Source of the DNA: an uncultured Actinomycetota bacterium
Lineage (GTDB): Bacteria; Actinomycetota; Thermoleophilia; RBG-16-64-13
Assembly: GCA_963843455.1 (NCBI GenBank)
Contig: CAWJKE010000016.1
Coordinates: forward strand, 159,506-223,505
Length of the DNA stretch: 64,000 nucleotides
Reading direction: 5' to 3'
The notes under the pieces were generated by a model. The model made no database searches. It saw only the letters and a program-made list of their open reading frames with translations, and was not told where the DNA came from. The translations under genes and the position numbers were made by a program. Below are positions 49,156 to 60,000 of this stretch, piece by piece (the stretch's first letter is position 1; the number at the start of each line of letters is the position of its first letter).

Positions 49156-49930
49156 TCAGATTATGTGGCTGTCGGCGCAGATCCCGCCGTCTACCGCCAT
49201 TTTCTGCCCGGTGATGAAAGCCGACTCGTCGGAGGCCAGAAAGACGTAGAGCCCCACGCAGTCTTCCGGAGAGCCCTTTCGGTGGCCGAGTGGGGTCTCG
49301 CGCAGGATGCGATCGATCTGCTCCTGAGTCTCCGTCAGGCCGGCCGCGGCGACTATCTCGGTCTGGGTCACTCCCGGTTGCACCGCGTTCACCCGGATAT
49401 TGAGCTCGCCCAGCTCGGCCGCCGCCGTCCTAGTCATGGAGAGGATGGCGCCCTTGGTGGCGCCGTAGACGAAGCCCCCGTGCTGTCCGTGGTCGGCTGC
49501 GATCGAAGCAGTGTTGATGATCGACCCTCCCCCGGCAGCGACCATCGCCGGGATGGCGTGCTTGGTCCCGAAGAACGTCCCCTTCTGGTTCACCGAGGTG
49601 ACGAAGTCGAAATCCGCCTCCGTCAGCTCCTGGAGCGGCTTGGCGACCATGACGCCGGCATTGTTCACCATCACGTCCAAGCGGCCGAACGTGTCGACCG
49701 CGGTCGCAACAAGCCTCTTGACATCGTCTTCGCGGGAAACGTCGGCGGCCACATAGATCGCCTCCCCGCCGGCGGTCGTTATCGCTCGGGCAGTGGCTTC
49801 GCCCTGGCCGTCCGTTCGGCGATCGTTGACCACGACCCGGGCCCCTTCGGCGGCGAACGCTATCGCCACCGCCCGGCCGATGCCCGATCCGGCTCCCGTC
49901 ACGATCGCTACTTTTCCCTGTAATCTGGCC
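49156..49930 (-). CDS. SDR family oxidoreductase
   Basis: GTG start with a GGGAGGAAAG ribosome-binding site. TGAGSGIG cofactor motif and YxxxK. Confidence 0.8.
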
Positions 49931-50308
49931 ACTACTTTCCTCCCCCGCTCCGGCATACCTTGGCGGCACCAGCGCCCGCAGTCCCGCCGGCTCACGCATG
50001 TCCTACTGCATCATCGAGAGCCGCGCGTACCGTGTAACCGTGAGTGTCAAGTCCCGCCACCCATCTGTCAAGTCCGAACGTCCGGGGCACCACGGCGAGA
50101 CCTCCGATACCACCGTCGCGGACTCCAACCATCGACCATCGGATTAGGTGGATCCACACTTGAGGCCGGGGTCTCAGGCAGGGGACTGCCGGTTGGTCGC
50201 GAATAACGGGTCTAGCCACCGTGGCGGTCGATTTAGCCAAGGCCTTCTGCGGGCGTTTCTGCACGATTGCGAACAACGCTGACTGCGACAGAACGTGCTG
50301 ACGTTAGG

Positions 50309-51535
50309 ATGGATCTCGTGACAAACATGCCTCAGCCGACCACATCTGACACGGGAGAGTCGGAAGCCGCGACTTCTCAAGTCGAGCTCTTTCATTGTTC
50401 CCATGAGATGCCCGATCTGGCTCCCATGATCGTCAGGCGACGACTGGTGATCGAAGGCACCTGCCAGTGGCCAATCGTCGAAGACCAGATAATGAGGTAT
50501 CTCACAAGACTGTCGGACGTTTGCGGTATGCAGCTGCTTACGGAACCCGTCACCCATCAATCCGAACGCTACGGCTGGGCGGGTTGGGTCCATTGGGAGA
50601 GCTCAGGCGCCCATTTCTACGCCTGGGACACGCCCGGACTGTTCTTCAGTGTGGACATCTACACGTGCAGCGAATTCGATCTCGAGCGGCGCGTGCGAGT
50701 TCACAAGGACATTCTTTCAGGCTCCCCAGGCTGTGGCGATGGTCGTTCTAGGACGGTGGACGACCGGGAACTCCGAGGACTGGCAGCCGAGGTTTCGGCG
50801 CCAGGTGCGGCTGAGCCGTTCGGCGCGTACATCTTCGGAACCGACGAGCCAGGAGCCGAACTGGGCCGCGATCTTGAGCGCGTGGTCTTTCTCGAGGCAT
50901 TCGGCAACACGAACGACGACCTTGCCCGCGAGTACGGACCTTACGAGGCAAGCAGCTTGTTCATCGTGGTCATGGACCACGCTACGTCAACTTGCCCGCG
51001 GGAGTCATCCGGGTGGTGCAGCCGTCTCCCGTCGGGCTCAAGAGTCTCAACGATCTGGAATCGGTATGGGACGAGAACGCCGAGGCCGCGATGCACCGCA
51101 CGGGGCTGGAGTTTGGCCCCGAGAAGATCTGGGACGTCGCAACGCTGGCAGTCCTCTCCGAATACCGCGGAGAAGGCGACCAGAGGGCTTGTCACCATGG
51201 GCCTCTACCAGACATTGACTCTCGCGGCTCGAGCTTCTGGGATCGATCTTCTGGTGACGATCCTGGACATGCCGGTGTTCAGGATGCTGCGCTGGAAGAT
51301 GCACATGATCTTCGCAGGGTACCGGGGTATAGATCCAAAGCCCTATCTGGGATCTCCCGCAAGCATCCCCTCGTGGTGTGATCTTCTTTACTCGGACAGG
51401 CATCTCGCGGCCGTCGATCCCGACCTGCACGGGATACTCTATAAGGGCATTGGACTGGAGCCGGCCCTGCGACGCGCAGACCTCAGCCGCATCACACGCA
51501 CGGCGGCACGAGACGCTCTGGGCGCGGCCGGCTAG
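50309..51535 (+). pseudogene. S-adenosylmethionine decarboxylase-related (AdoMetDC/SpeH-like, pyruvoyl ES site) domain in frame with an N-acyl amino acid synthase (FeeM/LuxI-like GNAT) domain; two frame disruptions (about 50985 and about 51200)
   Basis: AdoMetDC motifs (HWESSGAHFYAWDTPGLFFSVDIYTC). NAS body spans three frames: ...SLFIVVMDHATS, then AGVIRVVQPSPVGLKSLNDLESVWDENAEAAMHRTGLEFGPEKIWDVATLAVLSEYRGEGDQRA, then VTMGLYQTLTLAARASGIDLLVTILDMPVFRMLRWKMHMIFAGYRGIDPKPY. Confidence 0.55.
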
Positions 51536-53040
51536 CGCGGCGAGGTACTTACCAGCTTCAGCCTTCGCTCGCTCAGGGAGGCGGTCACCTCCAGGAGCTT
51601 GTCCGCGGTCACCGGACGCGAGAACAGGAAACCCTGCACTGCGTCGACGCCCAGCCGCAGCAGGCGCTGGGCCTGAGCGGAGGTCTCGACTCCCTCGGCC
51701 ACCGTGGTGATCCCAAGAGACCTGGCCATGGCCACCACCGCCGCTATCAACGAAGCGTCCGCGGTGTCCTCGTCCACAAGACTGTCGACAAAGCTCTTGT
51801 CGATCTTCAGCATGGTCACCGGCAACCGCTTAAGGTAGGCCAGCGACGAGTACTCGGCGCCAAAGTCGTCAAGAGCCACGCCGACCCCCAGGCGCCTGAG
51901 TCTTCCCAGGATCGCGGCCGACGCAATGGGGTCCTGCATGGCCATGGACTCGGTCAGTTCGAGACACAGCGAAGACCCGGGAAGTCCGTGGATGGCCAGG
52001 AGATCCGCGACGCGATCCACGATACCGTCATCCCGCAGTTGCGCGCTGGAAAGGTTGACGGAAACGTAGATGTCCTCCATCTCGGGCGCATATCGACACC
52101 ACGCCGCGAGCTGACTCACGGCTTCTCCCATGACCCAGTTGCCGATCTCCGCGATCATCCCGCTGTCTTCGGCGAGAGGTATGAACTGGGCCGGGGGGAG
52201 CACGCCCCGAGTGGGGTGCGCCCAGCGTACGAGCGCTTCCATGCCTACGCTCGGCCCACGGGGCAGGCCGACGATCGGTTGGTACACGAGATGGAGTTGG
52301 CCCAGCGAGACGGCATTCCGCAGATCACGCTCCAGCTCGACCCGCTCCGAGATCTCATCGCGCATCGACTCGTCGAACACGGCGACCTTGTCGCGACCGG
52401 CTTCCTTGGCCTGGTACATGGCGGTGTCCGCGTCGCGGACGAGCGCTTCCGCGGTGGCATGGGGATCGTCGCCCGACGCGAAGGCGAGTCCGACACTCCC
52501 CGAGATGTAGAACTCGATCCCATTCAGGACGAAGGGATCCTTGAGACAGAGGCGGAGCCGGTTCGCCAGATCCATCGCTTCCGAAGTCGCCACCACATGG
52601 TCCAGGAGGATCATGAACTCGTCACCGCCGATGCGGATCACGAGGTCGTCGGGCCTGACGTGAGACTGCAGACGCCTAGCTACCTCGATGAGGAGCTCGT
52701 CACCACGACCGTGGCCGAGCGTGTCGTTGACCAGCTTGAACCGGTCGAGATCCAAGAAGAGAAGGGCGACGTGGGTACCGTCTACGCGACCGCGCTCAAG
52801 CAGTCTCGAGAGGTGCTGTTCCATCATGCGGCGGTTGGGGAGGCCGGTCAACTCGTCGTGGTTAGCCTGGAACACGAGACGCGCCTCGGACTGGGCTGCG
52901 ATGCGCAGTGCCTGGACTATTCGAAGAACGACGGCGGTGGTCAGCGCGAAGAACAGGACGAACATGACGATGCGGTCCGACGCCGTGAACAGGCGGTATT
53001 GAAGGGTGAGCAAGGCCGTGACCATCAGGGCTCCGGCCAC
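51532..53040 (-). CDS. GGDEF-EAL (diguanylate cyclase/phosphodiesterase) domain protein, intact catalytic portion
   Basis: GGDEF appears as RIGGDEF, and EAL domain motifs are present. 502 aa from the ATG at 53040. Confidence 0.8.
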   Translation of the reverse strand: MAGALMVTALLTLQYRLFTASDRIVMFVLFFALTTAVVLRIVQALRIAAQSEARLVFQANHDELTGLPNRRMMEQHLSRLLERGRVDGTHVALLFLDLDRFKLVNDTLGHGRGDELLIEVARRLQSHVRPDDLVIRIGGDEFMILLDHVVATSEAMDLANRLRLCLKDPFVLNGIEFYISGSVGLAFASGDDPHATAEALVRDADTAMYQAKEAGRDKVAVFDESMRDEISERVELERDLRNAVSLGQLHLVYQPIVGLPRGPSVGMEALVRWAHPTRGVLPPAQFIPLAEDSGMIAEIGNWVMGEAVSQLAAWCRYAPEMEDIYVSVNLSSAQLRDDGIVDRVADLLAIHGLPGSSLCLELTESMAMQDPIASAAILGRLRRLGVGVALDDFGAEYSSLAYLKRLPVTMLKIDKSFVDSLVDEDTADASLIAAVVAMARSLGITTVAEGVETSAQAQRLLRLGVDAVQGFLFSRPVTADKLLEVTASLSERRLKLVSTSPR

Positions 53041-53899
53041 CAGGGCGGCCCTGCCCGTCGAGCCGGTCCCGATGTGTCGAAGGACCGGGTTCCGTCAGTT
53101 TTCGCATCGAAGGATGGATGGCCATCGCCCCCGCGACCCAAGAAGGCGGCTGCATAGGGCAGGTCAAGCAGCCGCGTGGGAACATGCAGCAGGTTTATGT
53201 CGGCGAACATGTAGAGGCCATCGCCCACGAACATGAAGCTCATGGCGCCCACGCAGAGCCAGAACGCCGGGACACGCTTCCCGTCTGCGTTGAACACGAT
53301 CCGGAGCGTCACCACCACCAGGAAGATGGACATCGAAGGGTAGGCGGTGAGAACGATCTTGACCAGGTTCGGCGCCTGCTGCTGCAAGAAGGACGGGCTC
53401 GACCACGAACGCCCAGGCAAGAGACGCGAGAGCGAGCGCGGCGATGAAGCCGTCCAGCACCACGCTCGTTTGGGCCGCCCCTCGCGCTCTGCTTCGTGAG
53501 AAGCCCAGGAGGCCTATCGCGAGGAGCGCGTAGGCCGGCAGGGCGAGGATGTCCGGAAGAAGAGACCGGGTCGCGGTGACATTCCCAAGGGTTTGGAGGG
53601 AGCCTCTCGCGGCCCCGTCGACGATGAAGAGCACGAACGCCATGGCCATGCACACCCACGGCCAGACCAGCGACGGCCGCCGGACGCTGACCGACACTAT
53701 GAGCGCCGCTGTCGTGGCAATACCCAGCAACAGAAAGACCATCGACTCCAACTGAGGAAACAGCAGGCCGACGCGCGATAGCCAGCGTTCCGAACAACAG
53801 GTAAACCGCCGTGGCGCGGTCCCCGGCGGAAGCCATCCACTTCTTGGGCGGCCCTGTTACCTTGGCGATGGAACTCTCAATTGTCCTGATAGTCTGCAT
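53041..53899 (-). other. probable N-terminal multi-transmembrane sensor region of the GGDEF-EAL protein, split over at least 3 frames
   Basis: Hydrophobic segments (MQTIRTIESSIAKV...AVYLLFGTLA, then LESMVFLLLGIATTAALIVSVSV..., then LVKIVLTAYPSMSIFLVVVTLRIV...) occur in successive frames on the minus strand upstream of 53040. Confidence 0.4.
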
Positions 53900-54247
53900 G
53901 CCTCATGTCTCGGCAAGGAACCCGCTCGCGCTGGAGCCTGCCCCCTCAAAGTGGTGCACGTTTCTAGAATCGGTCAAAAGACAACAACGGTTGAGCAAAG
54001 GGTGAAGCGAGTGCCGGACGGAGGGCGTCTATCAGGCTGCCGGAGAGTGACGCTGCGCCGCTGGGATGCGCCGGTCGCGTGAGAGAAGGGCGCAGACAGC
54101 GTGAATAGCAGCGCGATCTGCGCGGCCGAGGGCACCAGGGGCCATCCAGGGCTTCCAGGCATCCAACCCCTTCCTCATTGGCAGCGCTGTCTGATTCCCG
54201 CGAGCTACTGGTAGGATGTGGGTTGGCTGGAACAGGTAGGGGCACAA

Positions 54248-54595
54248 ATGAAGGTTGAGCAGAACGGAGTGGAGACCTGCGAACTCGCGAGCAACGGCGG
54301 GTTCGTTCTCGTACGCCTACCGGTCCGAGCCATGGGAGACTTGGAGAGGGCCAGGACCATCGTGCGCTATCAGGTCGGTGGCTTCCTCGGCCGGGAGACC
54401 GTCTGGCCTCTGGGCAGCGCGTATGAGGGAACCCTGAGCTTCCGCATTCCCCGTGAACTCTTTCGAGACCGGGAGCGCCTCATCCTAGAAGTGCTGCGCG
54501 CCGACGACCCCGCCCATCCTGAGACTCTGTGGGCCAGGCGCTACGAACTCCACTGGACCAACAGCACCCCGCGGATGGAGCCGGTTCCGGACTGA
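54248..54595 (+). CDS. hypothetical protein
   Basis: AGGTAGGGG ribosome-binding site. 115 aa. Confidence 0.4.
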   Translation: MKVEQNGVETCELASNGGFVLVRLPVRAMGDLERARTIVRYQVGGFLGRETVWPLGSAYEGTLSFRIPRELFRDRERLILEVLRADDPAHPETLWARRYELHWTNSTPRMEPVPD

Positions 54596-54633
54596 AAGCG
54601 CGAAAGAGGCCGTCGCGAAAGACGGGGTAGATA

Positions 54634-54705
<72 letters not shown>

Positions 54706-54780
54706 GTGCCGGTCATCTTACACCACTGCCCGCGCGCAAAAAAGCGATGAGCGCCGCGGCGACGCGAAGTGGACTGCAGG

Positions 54781-54853
54781 TGACCCGTACCGGATTCGAA
54801 CCGGTGATCTCCGCCGTGAGAGGGCGACGTCCTAACCGCTAGACGAACGGGCC
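54781..54853 (-). tRNA. tRNA-Glu (anticodon CTC)
   Basis: Manual fold: GGCCCGT acceptor, GTCTAGCGGTTAGGAC D-arm, anticodon loop CTCTCAC, T-arm ACCGGTTCGAATCCGGT. Confidence 0.8.
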
Positions 54854-54913
54854 GGGTGCCGGGTGCGAGTGCGTACTCTACTGAAGGCGCCCAGTAGTGT
54901 CAACCTTTGGCCA

Positions 54914-56383
54914 TCAGGGTTTGGCGATCGACTTGGCCGCTCTCAGGCGGGCCAAAGCGACTTCGCGGCCGAGCAGCGCGATCGATTCGAACAGGGGCAG
55001 AGAGACCGTGGCTCCGGCAACCGCCACCCGAGCCGCCTGAAACAATGCTTTGGGCTTCATACTCAGGGCCTCGGGAATCGCCCGGAGTGCCCCCTCGATC
55101 GCCTCAGGAATCCACTCATCAAGCGAGGCAAGCGCGGCGTAGATGGTGTTCAGCGCGAGTCCCGCCCCTTCCTTCGCCAGGATGCTCTCGGCTGCGGCCG
55201 GATCGATGACGATGTCCTTGACGAACAGGAACCGCACCATCGGCACGATCTCGGTCATGCGCTTGATGCGCTCCGAGACGAGTGGAGCGAGCACCAGAAG
55301 CCACTCGTAGCGGGCCTCGAGGTCGCTCGCGGAGGCGAGTCCCGCCTCTTGGAGCCAGGGGAACATTCGCGCCACGAACGCATCCGGCCCCATTTCCCGG
55401 ATGTAGACGCCGTTGATCCATTCGAGTTTTTCAAAGTCGAAGATGGCCGGGCTCTTCGAGATCCGATCGAGCGAGAAGTGCGTCTTCATGACCTCGGAAG
55501 AAAAGACCGTGGTCTCCCCGTCGAGGGACCAGCCAAGCAAGGCCAGATAGTTGAGCAGGGCCTCGGGTAGGAACCCGTCGTCATGAAACGCTTCCACGGA
55601 CGTCGCCCCGTGGCGCTTGGAAAGCTTCCTGCCGTCGGCCCCCCAGATCATCGAAAGATGGGCGAAGACCGGCGCGGGGTGGCCCAGGGCCTCGTAGACG
55701 AGGATCTGAAGCGGTGTGTTGGTGAGGTGATCGTCGCCCCGAATGACGTGGGTTATGCGCATCTGGGCGTCGTCGACCACGGTCGCGAAGTTGTAGGTGG
55801 GAGTTCCGTCGCCGCGTGCGAGCACGAAATCATCCATGGCGCTGGCCGGGAAGACCGTTTCGCCGCGAACCTGGTCGTCGACGACGATGTCACCCCTATC
55901 TGCCGGCACCGCCAGCCGCCAAACATGGGGCTCCCCAGCGGCAAGATGCGCGGCAACGGTAGCGGCGTCCAGTCGTCGACAACTCCTGTCGTAACCAAGC
56001 ACACCTTCGGCGGCGCGAGCGGCCACCCGCTTGGCCTCGAGTTCCTCGGCGGAGCAGAAGCACGGATAGGCGCTGCCCGTGGTCTTCATGTGCTCCAGGG
56101 CTGCCGTGTAGTTCTGAGACCTCTGCGTTTGGAAGTAGGGACCCACCGGCCCGCCGACCTCGGGGCCTTCGTCCCAGTCTATCCCCAACCATTCCAGGGA
56201 GCGGAGTATCTGGGCGGTGTTCTGCGCGGTCGAGCGTTCGGGGTCGGTGTCGTCGATGCGCAGGATGAATGTACCGCCGTTGCGGCGGGCGAACGCCCAG
56301 TTGTATATGGCCGTCCGGGCGCCGCCGACGTGCAGGGCGCCGGTAGGACTGGGGGCGAACCGAACCCGCACGGGGTTGGGCAT
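54914..56383 (-). CDS. gltX: glutamate--tRNA ligase
   Basis: HVGG (PTGALHVGGARTA) and KLSKR (KLSKRHG) class I motifs. 489 aa. Confidence 0.9.
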   Translation of the reverse strand: MPNPVRVRFAPSPTGALHVGGARTAIYNWAFARRNGGTFILRIDDTDPERSTAQNTAQILRSLEWLGIDWDEGPEVGGPVGPYFQTQRSQNYTAALEHMKTTGSAYPCFCSAEELEAKRVAARAAEGVLGYDRSCRRLDAATVAAHLAAGEPHVWRLAVPADRGDIVVDDQVRGETVFPASAMDDFVLARGDGTPTYNFATVVDDAQMRITHVIRGDDHLTNTPLQILVYEALGHPAPVFAHLSMIWGADGRKLSKRHGATSVEAFHDDGFLPEALLNYLALLGWSLDGETTVFSSEVMKTHFSLDRISKSPAIFDFEKLEWINGVYIREMGPDAFVARMFPWLQEAGLASASDLEARYEWLLVLAPLVSERIKRMTEIVPMVRFLFVKDIVIDPAAAESILAKEGAGLALNTIYAALASLDEWIPEAIEGALRAIPEALSMKPKALFQAARVAVAGATVSLPLFESIALLGREVALARLRAAKSIAKP

Positions 56384-56583
56384 GGGATCCTTCCTTGTTC
56401 TCTGGCAAGACTCCTCAGCAAGTGTCGCACAGGTGCCGGAGCCCCGTCCCGGAGTGTCAAGTACCTACCGGTGCTCAAGTCCCAACGTGCACAGAGAGCG
56501 CGTGGACGGGAGCGTGCCGGCAAGAACAAGGGGGGGTTCCCGTGGGAACCCCCCCTTTATAGATCTTTATCTTCCAGGAACCG

Positions 56584-57954
56584 CTATTTCTTCGCAGCCG
56601 GTAGGATGTTCTGCAGCGGGAACGAACCGATCTCAACGATCGCCGCGTTCTGAACCTGCTGGATCCGCACCGCATCTACGCCTTGAACGTCACCTTCGCC
56701 GTAGGTCAACGGGGAAATGGTGATGCCGCCGGTGCTCATATCTTTGATCTGCTTATAACCTGCCAGTACATCGGCGGACGTCAGTTTGGCAGGATCGACC
56801 GCCATGCTGGCCAGTCGCAGAGCCTCCACTTGGGTCATGGCCTCGATCACGCCGTCCAGGTACATGACGTTCCCGTTCTTCTTGTCCTTCCTGTACGTCT
56901 CCTGCAGCAGGTTGGCGAAGGCAATACCGTCGTTCTGGGCATCCAGAGCGCAGAAGTCGCCGGCGACTACTACCCCGTTGCCGGTCGCACCCATGTCGGG
57001 CAGGAAGATCTGGAGGTGGGCCGGATTGCCGAAGGCGAACGTGATGTTGTACGCAAGACCGGGACCCATTCCCAGACGGACGGCTTCCCCGATCGTCGGT
57101 TGAGTGCCTGCATTGATCATGACGCCGAGCGTAAGATCGACCTTGTTATCCTTCAGCCAGGCCAGCTGGGTGGTCGGAGGAGCGGTGGGAACCATCGGCA
57201 CGAACTGGGCGCCTACGAATTCGTAGCCGATTTTTTCCAGATACGCCTTCATTTCAGGAATATCTATGTTCCGACCTAGGGTGCTGTCGGCGGTCAAATA
57301 GGCGACTCTCGGCTTGCGGCTCGTGTCGGTCCAGCTCTTCATGAACCATTCCGCCACGGCGGCCATTTGATCGGTGTATATGGGAGCGTTTGTGAATATG
57401 TTACCGACCGGACTGAGGTACGCAGGCGACGTGGACTGGCTGGTCGCGCCGATACCGTCTTGAACCAGCTTGTCCTTCAGCGCCATGCCTTCCGGGGACC
57501 CGCTGACCCTCTCCACTAGCAGACCTTTGGACTTCAAGTCATCGTAAATGGTAAGGGCCTTCTCGGGTGCGAGGGCATCGTCGGCCCATAGCAGTTCGAA
57601 TGTGATATTTGCCGGGACGACCTTGTCGGTAGACCAAGGCGCGAGAATCTTATTGTCGTTCACATACTTGACATAGTCCTCGAAGCCGGCCAGCACAGCC
57701 GCGGTGTCTTCGGCATAGGCCCCAGTCAGCGCGAAGGTGCCACCGACGTACAAGGTGACCGGTTGGCCGACCGTCGTGGCGGTAGTGGCCGCAGTCGTGG
57801 CGCTGCCCCCGGCCGTCGTCGCTGTGCCGGCAGCGGTCGTCGTGGGAGCCACGGCAGCGGTGGTAGTGGTCGCCTCAGTTCCGCCGCACGCCACCAACAA
57901 GGGAAGCGCCAGGAGTACGATCACCACCATACTCAGAATCAGGATTCTCTTCAT
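56584..57954 (-). CDS. ABC transporter substrate-binding lipoprotein (LivK-like family)
   Basis: Signal peptide and lipobox LLVACGG, Thr/Ala-rich linker, then type I periplasmic binding protein fold. Confidence 0.8.
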   Translation of the reverse strand: MKRILILSMVVIVLLALPLLVACGGTEATTTTAAVAPTTTAAGTATTAGGSATTAATTATTVGQPVTLYVGGTFALTGAYAEDTAAVLAGFEDYVKYVNDNKILAPWSTDKVVPANITFELLWADDALAPEKALTIYDDLKSKGLLVERVSGSPEGMALKDKLVQDGIGATSQSTSPAYLSPVGNIFTNAPIYTDQMAAVAEWFMKSWTDTSRKPRVAYLTADSTLGRNIDIPEMKAYLEKIGYEFVGAQFVPMVPTAPPTTQLAWLKDNKVDLTLGVMINAGTQPTIGEAVRLGMGPGLAYNITFAFGNPAHLQIFLPDMGATGNGVVVAGDFCALDAQNDGIAFANLLQETYRKDKKNGNVMYLDGVIEAMTQVEALRLASMAVDPAKLTSADVLAGYKQIKDMSTGGITISPLTYGEGDVQGVDAVRIQQVQNAAIVEIGSFPLQNILPAAKK

Positions 57955-58068
57955 CTCTCAACCCCTCTCAAGTGTTGTCCACATCTGTTGCTCGAAGCAT
58001 ATGCCCGTATCGAATTTCCGCACCTCCTCGCAGAGACCGTTTCCCCATCCGTCACCGTTTAGCCAGTG

Positions 58069-59106
58069 CTAGAACGGCCAGAGTTGGTAGTAGTTCTTGA
58101 GGCGTTCGACTATGTGACTGATGCCGCGGGGAGCGAATATCAGGAAAAGGATGATCGCCAAACTGGGGAGGATAAGGCCCAACGCGACAGCGGCTTGGGG
58201 GTTCAGGACACCCTCCAGCATAGGCCCCAGCTTGATGGACAGTTGCTGCAGCAGCTTTATAGCCACCACTCCGTAGATGACCCCGGAGACACTGCCCATG
58301 CCGCCGATGATCAACATCCCCAGGAACCAGACTGAATCGAAGAACGGGAATTGCTCCACATTGGCGAAGGAGAAGAACTCCACGGACAACGCGCCGCCGA
58401 TTCCCGCAAATACGCACCCGATGAAGAACGCCTGAAGCTTATAGGTCCAGAGGTTTACCCCCATCACCTCGGCCGCCAGATCGTTGTCGCGAATAGCGAC
58501 AAAGGCCCGCCCGGACCGGGTACGCAAGATATTCTTGGCAACGACCGTGGCGAGCACGGCCAGCACGATGACCAGGTAGAAGAAGGTGGCCTTCCCCTCG
58601 AGCGAGAGCCCAAACAGCTCGGCCGGTGGCAACGCCAAGCCCTCGGTGCCTCCGGTCAAGCCTCGAAACTGCAGTATCAGCCAGTGAATTATGAAATAGG
58701 CTGCCACCGTGGACATGATCAGGTAGAAGCCCTTGATCCTCAGGGAAGGCAGACCGAAGATGATGCCTACCATGCCCGCGATCAACCCGGAGATCGGAAG
58801 AGCGGCCGCGAACGGCAGCCCTACTTTGGAGCACAGGATGGCCATGGCATAGCCACCCACCATCATGAAGGCTGAATGTCCCAGCGATACAAGACCGCAA
58901 TTGCCGGTCAGGATATTGAGGCCATGGACGCTGATAATGGTGATCCCCATGAGAGTCGCGAGAGTCAGGGTGGAGTTCGAGGCCCATTGGGGGATGGTGA
59001 AGAGAAAGACCATGAGTATCGCCATGAAGAGCCATTGCGCTTTGGTGCGAACGAGGGCCATGTCCTGGTCGTAGCTTTGCGCGAAGGTGCCGCTCGGTAG
59101 TCTCAT
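58069..59106 (-). CDS. branched-chain amino acid ABC permease (LivM-like)
   Basis: 345 aa, multi-transmembrane. Confidence 0.8.
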   Translation of the reverse strand: MRLPSGTFAQSYDQDMALVRTKAQWLFMAILMVFLFTIPQWASNSTLTLATLMGITIISVHGLNILTGNCGLVSLGHSAFMMVGGYAMAILCSKVGLPFAAALPISGLIAGMVGIIFGLPSLRIKGFYLIMSTVAAYFIIHWLILQFRGLTGGTEGLALPPAELFGLSLEGKATFFYLVIVLAVLATVVAKNILRTRSGRAFVAIRDNDLAAEVMGVNLWTYKLQAFFIGCVFAGIGGALSVEFFSFANVEQFPFFDSVWFLGMLIIGGMGSVSGVIYGVVAIKLLQQLSIKLGPMLEGVLNPQAAVALGLILPSLAIILFLIFAPRGISHIVERLKNYYQLWPF

Positions 59107-59109
59107 GCG

Positions 59110-60000
59110 CTACACCCTCTCGATTCTCTTCAACCCGAAAAGTCCGTGCGGCTTGAAGATAAGCACGGCCATGATGACCAAGAACGGGAAGACAGTGGCC
59201 AGCCCTCCTCCGGAAGGCATCAACGGGTCCAGATAGCCCGCCGCCAGATTCTCCGAGACTCCCAGGATGATGCCGGCGATGATGGCGCCGCCGATGGAAT
59301 CAAGCCCGCCCAGGATGACTACCGCGAGCGCCTTCAGACCCACATCGGCCAGCGGTGGCGAAACTCCGGAGACGCCGCCGAGCAAGACGCCCGCGACTAC
59401 TCCCACCACACAGGCGATGACCCAGACAAGGGCATACACCATGGTGGCTCGGATGCCGAGACTGCGGGTGACCTGCTCATCCTCTGCGGTGGCCCGCATG
59501 GCCAGCCCCATCTTCGTAAAGCGGAATATGGCAAGGAGGATGACCACCACAATGCCCGAAACGATCAGTCCCAGCAGGGACGAAGGTGGAATGGAGATAT
59601 TACCAATTTGCAGGCTGATCTCCGGCAACACGTCGTGGTACGTCACATACGCACCCCCCCAGCCCAACATGGCGATCCCCTCCATGATGCCGGCCAGGGC
59701 GATGGTCATCATGACGATGGCGAGAGCGGGCTGGCCCAGCAGCGGACGCAGAGCCAAGCGCTCGATGACCAGACCCATCACTACCGCCACCGCGACGGAG
59801 GCGATGATGGCCGCCCAGACGGGCATATGGAGAGTCACCAGGAAGGTGTAGCCCAGGTACCCACCCAGCATGACTATCTGCCCCTGAGCAATGTTAAACG
59901 CGCCCGAGCACTTGAAGATAACCACAAATCCAAGGGCTATGAGGGCGTACATCATGCCCAAAGAGAATCCGGTGACGACCAGCTGAAGGAAGAAAGTCAT
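59110..60000 (-). CDS. branched-chain amino acid ABC permease (LivH-like)
   Basis: 296 aa, intact. Confidence 0.8.
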   Translation of the reverse strand: MTFFLQLVVTGFSLGMMYALIALGFVVIFKCSGAFNIAQGQIVMLGGYLGYTFLVTLHMPVWAAIIASVAVAVVMGLVIERLALRPLLGQPALAIVMMTIALAGIMEGIAMLGWGGAYVTYHDVLPEISLQIGNISIPPSSLLGLIVSGIVVVILLAIFRFTKMGLAMRATAEDEQVTRSLGIRATMVYALVWVIACVVGVVAGVLLGGVSGVSPPLADVGLKALAVVILGGLDSIGGAIIAGIILGVSENLAAGYLDPLMPSGGGLATVFPFLVIMAVLIFKPHGLFGLKRIERV

